From contig OZ024741.1 of NCBI GenBank assembly GCA_964016885.1, positions 4,030,001 to 4,094,000 of the forward strand: a DNA stretch of 64,000 nucleotides, given 5' to 3'. The DNA is from Eledone cirrhosa. Taxonomy: Eukaryota. The notes beneath the pieces are model-generated. The model did no database searches. It saw only the letters and a list, made by a program, of their open reading frames with translations, and was not told the DNA's origin. Position 1 is the stretch's first letter; each line of letters opens with the position of its first letter. Positions 41,620 to 54,818 of the stretch are shown here, piece after piece. The position numbers and the translations under genes are program-made.

Positions 41620-42070
41620 GAACAACCCTGAATCATAGACAACCTATGTATTTCTAGGGGTACCTAGTATCCCTGGACATATTAACTTATACCTTTTTCT
41701 CCGTCCGTTGAGAACAAATCTGTTGCTTTACTAGGCTGCTATTTCTTTAGTAGTAATTGTAGACAGCAAGTCTTTGATTTTCCCGCTTTTACTTCGGTCC
41801 AGTTTACATACGGGTCACTTTTACGACCTTTCAGACCTTTATTAGCTGGCAGGAGGTTGTATATTTTGTCGCTCCTGGGACGTTTAGCCCTAGGATGGGA
41901 AAATGCTTCTCTGATGAGCTTTGGCTTTCCATCATGAATCCATCGGATTTATGAGGTTTTACAAAGCGAAACTGATCAGTAAGGGCCACTAGAAGAGGTA
42001 AATATTTATATTATATTTTTTAATGTATTTTGAAAAATTGATTGAATTTTACTTGTTCTGCTTATCTTAA
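41620..42070 (+). mobile_element. ORF-less HHR-bearing island within (TA)n
   Basis: ~450-bp unique sequence between TA tracts containing a canonical HHR. Confidence 0.65.
41905..41987 (+). ncRNA. Type-I hammerhead ribozyme, canonical core
   Basis: TTCT-CTGATGA-GCTTTG...CAAAGC-GAAA-CTGATCAG-TA^AGGG; distal stem II TCATGAATCC/GGATTTATGA; palindromic ACTGATCAGT; GUA triplet. Confidence 0.88.
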
Positions 42071-42099
42071 TATATATATATATATATATATAGATATAT

Positions 42100-42168
<69 letters not shown>

Positions 42169-42291
42169 TATATATAGATATATATATATATATATATATA
42201 GATATATATATAGATATATATATAGATATAGATATATATATATATATATAGATATATATATATATATATATATAGATATATATATAGATAT

Positions 42292-42366
<75 letters not shown>

Positions 42367-42405
42367 TATATATATAGATATAGATATATATATAGATATA
42401 TATAT

Positions 42406-42448
<43 letters not shown>

Positions 42449-42491
42449 TATATATAGATATATATATATAGATATATATAGATATATATAT

Positions 42492-42526
<35 letters not shown>

Positions 42527-42585
42527 TATATAGATATATAGATATATATATAGATATATATATATATAAATATATATATATATAG

Positions 42586-42618
<33 letters not shown>

Positions 42619-42651
42619 GATATATATATATATTTATATATATTTATATAT

Positions 42652-42985
42652 GGAGGCACATGGCTTAGTGGTTAGAGCATTGGCCTGGCAATCGAAAGGT
42701 TGTGAGTTCAATTCTCAGACCAGGTGATGTGTTGTTTCCTTGAGCAAGACACTTTATTTCACATTGCTCCAGTTTACTCAGCTGTAGAAATGAGATGATA
42801 GGGACTGGGGTCCATATCATTCCACTGCAAAGTGGCCGTGGAGGTGCCACGGCAAAAAAGCACCCAGCACTCACTGTAAATGAGGTTGGTGTTAGGAAGG
42901 GCATCCAGCTGTAGAAATCAAGCCAGAATCAGTTCCCGTCCCACCCTTGCAAGCAGGGAAAAAGCGGACTTAAAACGAAATGATA
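42652..42985 (+). mobile_element. tRNA-derived SINE, full length
   Basis: Same family as 25344-25678, plus orientation. Confidence 0.92.
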
Positions 42986-43244
42986 TATATATATATAGAT
43001 ATATATATATATATAGATATATATATATATATATATATAGATATATATAGATATATATATATATATATATAGATATATATATATATATATATATATAGAT
43101 ATATATATATATATATAGATATATATATATATATATAGATATATATATATATAGATATATATATATATATAGATATATATATATATATAGATATATATAT
43201 ATATATAGATATATATATATATAGATATATATATATATATATAG

Positions 43245-43291
<47 letters not shown>

Positions 43292-43296
43292 GATAT

Positions 43297-46200
43297 GTTT
43301 CTTTTATTTGCCACTAGGGCATCAAAAGTGGGACAAGTACAAAGGGGGGAGTTTACACAAAAAGGCGTCCTCAATAAGGAGGAGGCAATAACAAAATATA
43401 AAAATAAAATAAGATATAACAAAAAATAAAATTTATAACAAAATCCTCAATAGAGATGAGGCGCCTTGGGGGGTCGCACACACCCCCGAAAAAAGTGTGC
43501 AACCCTTCTCCTCAGGAGCACAGAGAAGGGGTGCTCCCTTGGTCTTTCATCTTCCTCACCTATAGTCTGATGTAGAGTGAAGGCCCATTCACACAGGCAA
43601 TTCTCGCCACTTTCACCCATCTTTCATAGAAACGGCTGGGGTGCAGCACCTCTCTTTCCATCCTGATCCTTCTTCCGAAATGATATCGGAAGAAACGGAC
43701 CAGTTGTTGGCCAGAGAGAAAGGTGCCTGACCTCAGTCCTTTCAGACGCGTCCACCATACAACCTCTTTCGCCATGGCTATTACGCACAGAAACACCGCC
43801 TCTGCTTCATCTTTGAAGGGGGGAGGCGGCTTGATCATTACAATAGACTCGGTGGTCAACCGGATCGGTCCCACCCTTGACAGCAGTTGTTCGACATAGC
43901 CCCACAGATCGGCTACGCCCGAGCAGTGTACCAATGCGTGTGCAACGGTTTCCTCGTCGCACACGCATCTGGGACAGATCTTTTTGGCGCGGTCCCTACC
44001 CGGGCGCCCGTGTCTGTAGAGCCTTTCTCGAACGGGTAAAGCCTCTCGGTAGCACTGCCAGGGACTTCTGGAAGTTGTCCATAGGTCCCGGGCTGAATGT
44101 CCTACCGAACAGGCTGGCCAGTTCGTCCTCCTCCATGTCTAGGGCTTCTCCGAGGGCGTCGTCGCACCTGCTGCGTACCAACCCTCTATAGAATGTTGCG
44201 GTGGAGTCTCCACTGATAACCGGATCCGCCTGCCAGAGGGCGGTGAGCGCCTGGGCACACTCAGTGTGCCAGGCGCCCAGTTTTCTCGGTCTTTGCTTGA
44301 CCCAGGATTGCAGCTCGGTGAGTGAGACGAGTCTGGGAAAGGTTCGTCTCACAAACGAGGCCCACACCGGTTGTCCGGTGAGGAATACGTAGAGGTGCCG
44401 TAGCCTTAATGCGTGTTTACGCATCATTAACCACGGCATCCCCAGCCCTCCTTTCGAAGGGTGTTGACAGCAGATGGATCTCCTCACCATAGGAGCCCGC
44501 CTCTTCCAAAGGAATTGGAAGAGCGCGCGCTCCATCTTGGTGAGGGTTTCCCTTGGGCAGGGCACTACGGTCAGGCGGTAGTAGATGACGGACGCTATGT
44601 AGGTGTTCGCCACCTCCGCCCGACCTATCAGGGATAGTTTGCAACTGGCCCACTTCTGGGTCAGTGCAAACACCCTGTTCGTAACCTCCGCCCAGTTTTT
44701 CTCCACCTGGAGGTCCGGTCCGAACCAGACCCCGAGCAACTTCACCGGGCCCTCCGTCCAGCGTCCGACGACGCCATCGGAGGGCATCGGTCTGCCCCTC
44801 CACGTGCCGAGTTGCAAACCGATCGACTTGTCCCGGTTCAGCTTAGCCCCTGTGAACTTTTCGTACTCCTCCAGTAAGGTGCCGACCGCCTCGATTTCGA
44901 AGGCCGTAGACACCATTACTGTCACGTCATCGGCGTAGGCCGACACCGCTTTCCGCAATCCCGGTTCCAAAGGGATGCCCTGCAACAACTCCAACTTCCG
45001 CAGTAGTGGCTCGAGAGTCAACACATACAGAAGGGAGGACAGAGGGCACCCTTGTCGGATGGACCGCGCGATTTTGAACGGCTCCGAGAGGTAGCCGTTC
45101 ACCTTGACCCTAGAGCAGATGCGGCTGCTGTGCATAGCAGTGATCCAGCCCCTGAAAACGGGTCCGAAGCCTGCCGCCGCTAGCACCGCATCCAGGTAAC
45201 CATGGTCGACCCTATCGAACGCCTTAGATTGATCCAAGTTGATCAGAGCCCCACCAAAGCCGGGTTCGTTCCCAACCCTCTCTATGATGTATCGCATGAG
45301 GTGGAGGTTGTCATGGATGGACCTGGACGGGATAGCGCATGTCTGCGCATCTCCCACCAGGTTGCCCACGACAAGCGCCAACCTCTTTGCTAGCACCTTG
45401 GCCAAAATCTGTAACTCTGTATTTAGCAGAGTTATGGGCCTGAAGTTACTTATTTCGTCTCCCTTGTTCTCGTCCTTCCTCACTAGCGTGACTACGCCCT
45501 TGGTCACAGTACAGGGAATTCTCCCGTTCTGTTGCCAGTTGCAGTAGACCGCCTCAAGGAGATCGGGGAACAAGTCCGACATAGCTAGATATAATTCGTA
45601 AGGAAGACCATCGAGACCCGGGGATTTGCGTTTGCCGCATTGGCTCAGCACGTCCTCTATCTCAGCGGCCGAAATCGGCTCCTCGCAGGACTTCGCCTCC
45701 CTGTCCGAGAGGCGCGGCAGGCCGTCGAGGTATGGACCGAAGTCCACGTTCCCAACCGGCTCCCCGCCCCTCCTGAACAGTCGGGCAAAGTGCCTTTGAA
45801 AGGCCTCACACATCTGCTTAGGCTCAAGAATCGCCCATCCATCCAGGTCTCGCAAAGACCGGATGGTGGATTTAATTCCACTGTTGGCCTCTGTCACGCG
45901 GGCCCAGCTAACAGCTTTGGTCCCCTCGTTCCCTAGAGCACGTATTTTACTTCGGACAACGCAGCCTTCGTGCTTCGCGTCGAAAAACTGGCTCAAAGCC
46001 GTTCTCGACGCTAGCACTCTGGCCACGTCGCCGCTTCTAATTGCCTCTTCTACTCTATCTATTAGCTCCCTTTCCTTCCTATTCCTATCCGCAGCTAGAA
46101 CCTTACTAAATTCAATCGAGACTACTCTAATCTCTCTCTTTAGAGATACCCACCACCTGCTGTTGACGATCGCTCCAGTCAACCGTTCCTTAACTAACGT

Positions 46201-47588
46201 ACTAATCCGATTCCTGTAGGCTCTACTTGCCGGCAAGGACAAGTTGAGCTTCCAGTAACCGGGGCCCTGTCTATGAGTTCTGTCAAGGTTGACCATGCAG
46301 GTCACTAATTTGTGGTCTGAATAGCCAACCATGCGCATTTTTGGACAACTTAAAAAGTCCTTATCCTTAATTCTAACTAAGAACCTATCTAGGTACGACC
46401 TAGATGATCCGCTACGATTTGCCCAAGTCCAGGTTGGCGCAGTCGGAAAATCTAGTCGATATCTATCGGCCAGGTCAAATCGACCGATTAACCCTTTGAG
46501 GCTATTACACCCTTCTCTATCGGGGCATGCCCCTACGTAGTCCCAGCGTGCATCTAGGGTACCATTCCAGTCCCCCACTAATAGCAAGGAGCGGGACGTC
46601 CCTAGAAAAGTCTCCAGACGATGGAAGAAGTCCGGCCGCATTGACCCGAAAGGGCCGTAGGCGGCTACCAACCTAAACGCTCCGCCTTTACCACTGCCAA
46701 GGTCCAGAACCACTAGTCGACCCTCCGGGTCCAAATGTACCATCTGTGTTGCGAGACCCAGATGTTTTTGCAGCAGAACGACAACTCCACCCCCACCTCC
46801 GGGCTGACAGAGAGATGCGTGCATCTCAAAGTCATCAAAGGTGGGGGCCAGCTGTCGCACGTTGCTGATCCGGGCCTCGCAAATAACCATCACATCTATA
46901 CGTTGTGACCTGAGGTCATTTAGAAGCATTGCTTGCTTCCAAGTTGAGCCCAGGCCACGCGCATTTAAACAGCCTACTCTTAGCATAGCCATGTTGGTGG
47001 TGAAGAGAAAAGGCACTTACCTCTCTGCGTCCCGGGTATCGGGCTGCACAATTTCCATTAGGGTGCGGGATGGGTTGTTGGGTGGGGTGGTGGTTTGTGG
47101 AAGTGTGGGGGCATCAGTGTGTTGTGTGGTTGGGGAGCTTGGAGTTGTGTGGGTGTTTGGGGAAGGGGTGGGATAGTTTTTTAGGAGGACGCGGTTAATG
47201 GGCCCGACGCAGGGGGGACCAACGTCCTCTTTAAAATTGTTTTTTAAAGTTTTATAGGTGTCCTGTGGGGCCTTAATCATTTTGAGGTGGGGGAAATCCC
47301 CTGCCTGGGTGAAGTTAGGCCCTTGTGTTTTTATTAGATTGTTGTTGTACACAATGTTTAACAGTTTTTTGTTTCTTGTATTTATGTATGTGTATGCATG
47401 TTTTTGTTTTTGTGTGGTGTTTTTTGTTTGCTGTTGTGAGCTCTTTTGTGTTGGTGTCAGTGTTGTGTTTTGGGGAGGGGTTTTTTTCATTTGTGTGTCT
47501 GAGGTGTGTTTTCTTTTTTTTCTTTTGATTGTGTGGAAGTGCTCCTCCTCGTCTGACGACGAACTAGGGTCATCTTCCGCGTTGGAGA
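43297..47588 (-). mobile_element. Tx1/L1-like non-LTR retrotransposon, truncated in ORF1
   Basis: ORF1 C-terminal part (stop at 47017); ORF2 with LNARGL, GDWN, SDHK, GYWKLN, KSPGLDG, DQSKAFDRV, IRQGCPLS, YADD; after a frameshift CPRC..ETVAHALVHC knuckle (43560-43990); AATAAA just before (TA)n. Confidence 0.92.
43996..46992 (-). CDS. Tx1-like ORF2 (APE + RT), likely start ATG at 46992; frameshift near 44055 separates the C-terminal CCHC region
   Basis: Motifs above; CCAACATGG context at the start. Confidence 0.85.
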   Translation of the reverse strand: MAMLRVGCLNARGLGSTWKQAMLLNDLRSQRIDVMVICEARISNVRQLAPTFDDFEMHASLCQPGGGGGVVVLLQKHLGLATQMVHLDPEGRLVVLDLGSGKGGAFRLVAAYGPFGSMRPDFFHRLETFLGTSRSLLLVGDWNGTLDARWDYVGACPDREGCNSLKGLIGRFDLADRYRLDFPTAPTWTWANRSGSSRSYLDRFLVRIKDKDFLSCPKMRMVGYSDHKLVTCMVNLDRTHRQGPGYWKLNLSLPASRAYRNRISTLVKERLTGAIVNSRWWVSLKREIRVVSIEFSKVLAADRNRKERELIDRVEEAIRSGDVARVLASRTALSQFFDAKHEGCVVRSKIRALGNEGTKAVSWARVTEANSGIKSTIRSLRDLDGWAILEPKQMCEAFQRHFARLFRRGGEPVGNVDFGPYLDGLPRLSDREAKSCEEPISAAEIEDVLSQCGKRKSPGLDGLPYELYLAMSDLFPDLLEAVYCNWQQNGRIPCTVTKGVVTLVRKDENKGDEISNFRPITLLNTELQILAKVLAKRLALVVGNLVGDAQTCAIPSRSIHDNLHLMRYIIERVGNEPGFGGALINLDQSKAFDRVDHGYLDAVLAAAGFGPVFRGWITAMHSSRICSRVKVNGYLSEPFKIARSIRQGCPLSSLLYVLTLEPLLRKLELLQGIPLEPGLRKAVSAYADDVTVMVSTAFEIEAVGTLLEEYEKFTGAKLNRDKSIGLQLGTWRGRPMPSDGVVGRWTEGPVKLLGVWFGPDLQVEKNWAEVTNRVFALTQKWASCKLSLIGRAEVANTYIASVIYYRLTVVPCPRETLTKMERALFQFLWKRRAPMVRRSICCQHPSKGGLGMPWLMMRKHALRLRHLYVFLTGQPVWASFVRRTFPRLVSLTELQSWVKQRPRKLGAWHTECAQALTALWQADPVISGDSTATFYRGLVRSRCDDALGEALDMEEDELASLFGRTFSPGPMDNFQKSLAVLPRGFTRSRKALQTRAPG

Positions 47589-47612
47589 TATATATGTATA
47601 TATGTATATATA

Positions 47613-47649
<37 letters not shown>

Positions 47650-47770
47650 ATATATATCTATATATATCTATATCTATATATATATATATATATATCTATA
47701 TATATATCTATATATATATATATATATATATCTATATATATATATATATATATCTATATATCTCTATATA

Positions 47771-49848
47771 TATAACTTTGAATAACTTTGAAATGTTTTG
47801 GCCAGTATTGGCCCAGGCCATGTCTAACTTAATAGCACCACCTGGCGAAGTCTTTCAATTCAGGATTTGGGCACCATGGCCCATTCGAGAAGAGAATTAC
47901 TGTTTGCGGAGACATATCCGGGTGTGGGTGGTTTGTCCGGGATTACTTGGAGGAATTTGTCCAAAGACTTCTTGAATTTTGTGTGGTCAGTTTCTGTTTT
48001 GACGTGTCCTGGTGTGATGTTGAAGAGAGCAGGGCCGATTGAGGTGAAATAATTGTGCCGTATTGTTGTTATGAGTTGCGATTTAGATTTTTGAATGGGA
48101 CGGATAGCACGGGGCCCAAGCCTTGGGTGTATCTTGAAGGCGATGCCAACATCATTTGGGCAGTGATGATGGAACATTTTCCACATCATGCAGATAATAT
48201 AACGCTCACGGCGACGTTGGAGTGAGTAAAGTTTCAGGTTTTCTAATCGACCCCAGTAGTCAAGGTCTGACATGCCATCTATCTTTTTCGTGATTGCCCT
48301 TTGAGGAGCTTCAAGTTTCATGATACTTTGTTTCGTGTAGGGAGACCACAGTGGACAACAGTATTCAAGGTGTGGTCGGGCGAAAGTAGAGAAGAGAAGG
48401 ATAATGGTGCGGGAATCTCTCGACTGGAAGGTTCTGAGGATCCAGGAACACATTCTGCGGGTCATGTCAACTTTGCTGCTTATATGCGTGGTCCAGCTTA
48501 TGTTGCTGTCCACGGTTACTCCCAAGTCTCTGATGTTGTTAGATGCCACAAGAGTTTCCCCGGAGGGAAGGGAGTACGGGAGTTTCAGAGCATCCTCTTT
48601 TCCAAAGTGGATCAGTTCGAATTTGTCTTCGTTCAGTAACATGTTGTTCTTTTCTGCCCATTGGGTAACAGCCAGTAGGTCTGACTGAAGGCTTATCCGG
48701 TCATCCACGCCATTGATGACCTTTTGGAGCTTGGAATCATCAGCGAAAATTTTAATGTTGCTGTGTTTGATGATGTCAGTGATGTCATTAATATAGATGA
48801 TGAAGAGAAGTGGGCCCAACACTGTGCCTTGTGGGACCCCACTACTGACTTTGGCTGGGCTTGATTTGACTCCCTCAACTACAACATGTTGGGTTCTGTT
48901 TGACAGGAAGCTTGATCCACTGCAGCAGCTTTCCAGTGACACCAATATTGGACAGCTTTCTCAGTAGAATGTTATGATCAACCCTGTCAAAGGCCTTGCT
49001 GAAATCAAGGTAGATAACATCAGTGTTGGAACCCTCTCCCAAGGCTCTCAAAATGTCATCAAAGTGATGCAGTAGCTGCGTCAGGCAATCCCTTCCATTA
49101 CGGAATCCATGCTGGTTGGAGTTCAGCATATTGTTACTCTCAAGGAAGTGGGTCATTCGCGATCTCACCACTCGCTCAAATACCTTAATGATATGAGAGG
49201 TGAGTGAGATTGGACGGTAATTCACGGCAAGGGATTTGTTTCCCTTTTTGAAAACTGGGACAACAGACTGGGATAGAAGGTTTTCTGGCACATATCCAGC
49301 ATCCAGTGAGTTCCGCCACAGATTGGCAAGAGGAGATGCAAGTTGGTGTTGACACGCCTTCAAGACACAAGCAGGGAACCTATCGGGACCTACTGCTGAA
49401 TTATGCTTGATTTCCTTTATTGCCGCCAAGACATCAGGGGCGCCAAACGTTATGTCCGATAAGGTGTAATGGGGAGTAACATCGCCGATACAGCCCAGAT
49501 CGGCCATATCAGGATTGCTGAAAACAGAGCAGTATTGTTTCTGCAGTATCTCACCCATGGTTTTAGCATTGTCTTGAAGAGTGCCATTTTCATCAATTAG
49601 AGGGCCAACAGTAGAGCCAGTGATTTTGTGTTTTTTTGCAAATGAAAAGAACACTTTGGGATTGAGTTTGATCTTCTCAATGGCCCAGGCCTCTTCAGCT
49701 CTTCTCTGATTGTTGATGAGGGACATTATGTTGTTTTGGATGTTATGTTTTTTAATCTCTAGTGATGAAATGGCAGTCAAGTTGATGTGTTGCTGCTGAC
49801 AGTATTTCAGCTTGTTGATTTTTTTGTTGGTTCTCTTAATTTTTCTGA
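47771..49848 (-). mobile_element. CR1/L2-group LINE, copy 2, 5'-truncated, one frameshift
   Basis: ORFs 48875-49780 and 47860-48945; same 3' tail as copy 1. Confidence 0.93.
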
Positions 49849-50027
49849 TCTATATATATATATATATCTATATATATATATATATCTATATATATATATA
49901 TATATCTCTATATATATATATCTATATATATATATATATCTATATATATATATATATATATCTATATATATATATATATCTATATATATATATATATATA
50001 TCTATATATCTCTATATATATATATAT

Positions 50028-51719
50028 ATCATCATCACCGTTTTACGTCCGTTCTTCCACGCTAGCATGGGTTAGACGGGTTGTCCTGTTGTGGGCAGTG
50101 TCTGGTCGGCTGACCATGCCTTGCTCATACAGGAACTGATCTGGCTTGATTTCTACAGCTGGATGCCCTTCCTAACACCAACCTCATTTACAGTGAGTGC
50201 TGGGTGCTTTTTCGTGGCGCCTACACGTCCACTTTACAGTGTGGGCTGGGTGCTTTTTTGCCGTGGCACCTCCACGGCCACCTTGCGGTGGGGGGGGGGG
50301 GGGGCATATTGTTTATATGCTTCAGCATGTACCCATGGGAGGTCGGGTACCCTGTATTACTGCGTGACGCCAGAAGTCACGGTCGTGTGTCATTGACTTT
50401 GAGAGGTGTAGTTGGGTAAGGTCGGCTTTTATCACCTCATCCCAAGTCATCTTGGGTCTCCCCACTCCGCGGTTTCCATCAACTTCTAGTGCTCTGCACC
50501 TTTTTATGCAGCTGTCATCCTTCATACGCATCACATGTCCATACCAGCGTAACCGCCTCTCCTGCACGCAGCATTTGATTCCTCTTATGCTCAGTCTCTC
50601 TCTCAATTCATTTATGCTTTGTCGTTCACGTATATTACTGTTACACATCCATCGGAGCATGCAGGCTTCGTTTCTCTCTAATCTACGTAAGTCTTCCACC
50701 TTCAGCGCCCAGGTCTCACTACCATGCAACATCGCTGTTCGGATACACGCATCATACAGTCTGCCTTTCATTCTGAGGGAGAAGCCTTTTGCAGCTAGCA
50801 GTGGTAGTAGTTCCCTAAACTTCTTCCATCCCGTTCTTACCCTAGTTATTGTACTTTCTGAGCACCCACCTCCGTTGCTAATTCGGTCACCTAGGTAGCA
50901 GAAGCTGTCTACTGTTTCTACAGGGCCCTCCCAGAGATTGGTGGTACTTGTTTCCTGTGGCTGTTTGCTTGCTGTTTCAGCACAGCTGCTGCATGTGAAT
51001 CCTACATTCTTAATTAAGCTTCCTGAGATCCCGCTACATCTCTTGTGTACCCATTGTTTGCATTTGGGGCAAAGAATGGAGTTCCTACCTACACCTTTCC
51101 TACATACTGAGCAAGGCCATTTCCCTGAGGGGATCTGGGTTCTGTTTTCTCGTCTACTTATAAGGACCTTAGTCTTTGTCATGTTGACTTTGAGGCCCTT
51201 TCTCTCTAGTCCCTGCTTCCAGGTTTGGAATTTATTCTCTAGTTCTACCATAGATTCAGCTATGAGTGCGAGGTCATCAGCATACAGGAGTTCCCATGGG
51301 CATCCGGTCTTAAACTCCTCCGTTATTGCCTGCAGGACTATGATGAACAGGAGAGGGCTAAGAACAGAGCCCTGGTGGACCCCAACCTGTACGCGAAATT
51401 CCTCGCTATACTCATTGCCAATCCTAACTTTGCTGACTGCTCCCCTATACATGGCTTGTACCGCTTTCACAAGCCATTCATCTACTCCTAGTTTTCTAAG
51501 AGCCCACCAGATTACTGCACGTGGAACTCTGTCAAAGGCTTTCTCAAGGTCGACAAATGCCAAGTAGAGTGGCTTACTTTTAGCTAGGTACTTTTCCTGT
51601 AATTGCCTCACAAGGAAGAGCGCATCAGTGGTGCCTTTCCCTGGAACAAACCCAAATTGCATCTCGTCTATATTCACCCGGTCCCTAATCAGCTGTGCTA
51701 TAACTCTTTCTGTTACTTT
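50028..51719 (-). mobile_element. RTE-clade LINE, subfamily A, copy 2, 5'-truncated in RT
   Basis: ORF 50322-51677; nearly identical to 8076-9780. Confidence 0.95.
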
Positions 51720-51820
51720 TTAGATATATATATATATATATATATATCTATATATATATCTATATATATATATATATATCTATATATATATATATCTATA
51801 TATATATATATATCTATATA

Positions 51821-51893
<73 letters not shown>

Positions 51894-51912
51894 ATATATA
51901 TATATATATATA

Positions 51913-54429
51913 TCTTGACTTCATGGATGATTTCTTCCTATCCCAACTAGTGCTCGAACCAACGAGGTGCCACAAAAACGTCCTAGACTTAATTTTCAGC
52001 AATCACACTGACAATATCCACAATATTGCAGTGGAGAAAACTCTACTCTCTGATCATGACATGGTTCTCTGTGATCTGAGATTCCACCGTCCAATATACA
52101 AACCCAATGTCATCTCTCCTGTCCATCCGTTTGACGCTATGGATTTCCACAATGCAAACTGGGAAGCGATCAGTCATGATCTTGCACATGTCGACTGGTC
52201 CTTCACGCACACTCATACACCCACTAACATCAAAAAGTCCTGGCAGACATTTGTGGACACTGTTACAAACATATGTGCTAAACACACCCCATTAAGAACT
52301 ATAAACAAATCTAAGAGCAGAATCCCTAGAAATAGAAAAACGCTCATCAGAAAAATTAAGAGAACGAACGAACAAAAAAATCAACAATCTGAAATACTGT
52401 CAGCAGCAACACATCAACTTGACTGCCATTTCATCACTAGAGATTAAAAAACATAACCTCCAAAACAACATAATGTCCCTCATCAACAATCAGAGAAGAG
52501 CTGAAGAGGCCTGGGCCATTGAGAAGATCAAACTCAATCCCAAAGTGTTCTTTTCATTTGCAAAAAAACACAAAATCACTGGCTCTACTGTTGGCCCTCT
52601 AATTGATGAAAATGGCACTCTTCAAGACAATGCTAAAACCATGGGTGAGATACTGCAGAAACAATACTGCTCTGTTTTCAGCAATCCTGATATGGCCGAT
52701 CTGGTCTGTATCGGCGATGTTACTCCCCATTACACCTTATCGGACATAACGTTTGGCGCCCCTGATGTCTTGGCGGCAATAACGGAAATCAAGCATAATT
52801 CAGCAGTAGGTCCCGATAGGTTCCCTGCTTGTGTCTTGAAGGCGTGTCAACACCAACTTGCTTCTCCTCTTGCCAATCTGTGGCGGAACTCACTGGATGC
52901 TGGATATGTGCCAGAAAACCTTCTATCCCAGTCTGTTGTCCCAGTTTTCAAAAAGGGAAACAAATCCCTTGCCGTGAATTACCGTCCAATCTCACTCACC
53001 TCTCATATCATTAAGGTATTTGAGCGAGTGGTGAGATCGCGAATGACCCACTTCCTTGAGAGTAACAATATGCTGAACTCCAACCAGCATGGATTCCGTA
53101 ATGGAAGGGATTGCCTGACGCAACTACTGCATCACTTTGATGACATTTTGAGAGCCTTGGGAGAGGGTTCCAACACTGATGTTATCTACCTTGATTTCAG
53201 CAAGGCCTTTGACAGGGTTGATCATAACATTCTACTGAGAAAGCTGTCCAATATTGGTGTCACTGGAAAGCTGCTGCAGTGGATCAAGAGCTTCCTGTCA
53301 AACAGAACCCAACATGTTGTAGTTGAGGGAGTCAAATCAAGCCCAGCCAAAGTCAGTAGTGGAGTCCCACAAGGCACTGTGTTGGGCCCACTTCTCTTCA
53401 TCATCTATATTAATGACATCACTGACATCATCAAACACAGCAACATTAAAATTTTCGCTGATGATTCCAAGCTCCAAAAGGTCATCAATGGCGTGGATGA
53501 CCGGATAAGCCTTCAGTCAGACCTACTGGCTGTTACCCAATGGGCAGAAAAGAACAACATGTTACTGAACGAAGACAAATTCGAACTGATCCACTTTGGA
53601 AAAGAGGATGCTCTGAAACTCCCGTACTCCCTTCCCTCCGGGGAAACTCTCGTGGCATCTAACAACATCAGAGACTTGGGAGTAACCGTGGACAGCAACA
53701 TAAGCTGGAACACGCATATAAGCAGCAAAGTTGACATGGCCCGCAGAATGTGTTCCTGGATCCTCAGAACCTTCCAGTCGAGAGATTCCCGCACCATTAT
53801 CCTTCTCTTCTCTACTTTCGCCCGACCACACCTTGAATACTGTTGTCCACTGTGGTCTCCCCACACGAAACAAAGTATCATGAAACTTGAAGCTCCTCAA
53901 AGGGCAATCACGAAAAAGATAGATGGCATGTCAGACCTTGACTACTGGGGTCGATTGGAAAACCTGAAACTTTACTCACTCCAACGTCGCCGTGAGCGTT
54001 ATATTATCTGCATGATGTGGAAAATGTTCCATCATCACTGCCCAAATGATGTTGGCATCGCCTTCAAGATACACCCAAGGCTTGGGCCCCGTGCTATCCG
54101 TCCCATTCAAAAATCTAAATCGCAACTCATAACAACAATACGGCACAATTATTTCACCTCAATCGGCCCTGCTCTCTTCAACATCACACCAGGACACGTC
54201 AAAACAGAAACTGACCACACAAAATTCAAGAAGTCTTTGGACAAATTCCTCCAAGTAATCCCGGACAAACCACCCACACCCGGATATGTCTCCGCAAACA
54301 GTAATTCTCTTCTCGAATGGGCCATGGTGCCCAAATCCTGAATTGAAAGACTTCGCCAGGTGGTGCTATTAAGTTAGACATGGCCTGGGCCAATACTGGC
54401 CAAAACATTTCAAAGTTATTCAAAGTTAT
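51913..54429 (+). mobile_element. CR1/L2-group LINE, copy 3, 5'-truncated in APE, 4-nt duplication frameshift near 52370
   Basis: ORFs 51923-52447 and 52419-54341. Confidence 0.93.
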
Positions 54430-54476
54430 CTATATATATATATCTATCTATCTATATATATATATATATCTATACA

Positions 54477-54509
<33 letters not shown>

Positions 54510-54520
54510 CTATATATATA

Positions 54521-54555
<35 letters not shown>

Positions 54556-54586
54556 ATATATCTATATATATATATATATCTATATA

Positions 54587-54657
<71 letters not shown>

Positions 54658-54818
54658 ATATATATATATATATATATATCTCTATATATATATATATATA
54701 TATATCTATATATATCTATAGATATATATATATATATATCTATATATATATATATATATATAGATATATAGATATATATATAGATATATATATATATAGA
54801 TATATATATATATATATA

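Noticed and set aside
42652-42725. tRNA-like sequences with A and B boxes (also 24461, 25678, 28415, 31150, 59162)
   Set aside because: No proper acceptor stem; they continue into a shared SINE body, so they are SINE heads, not tRNA genes.
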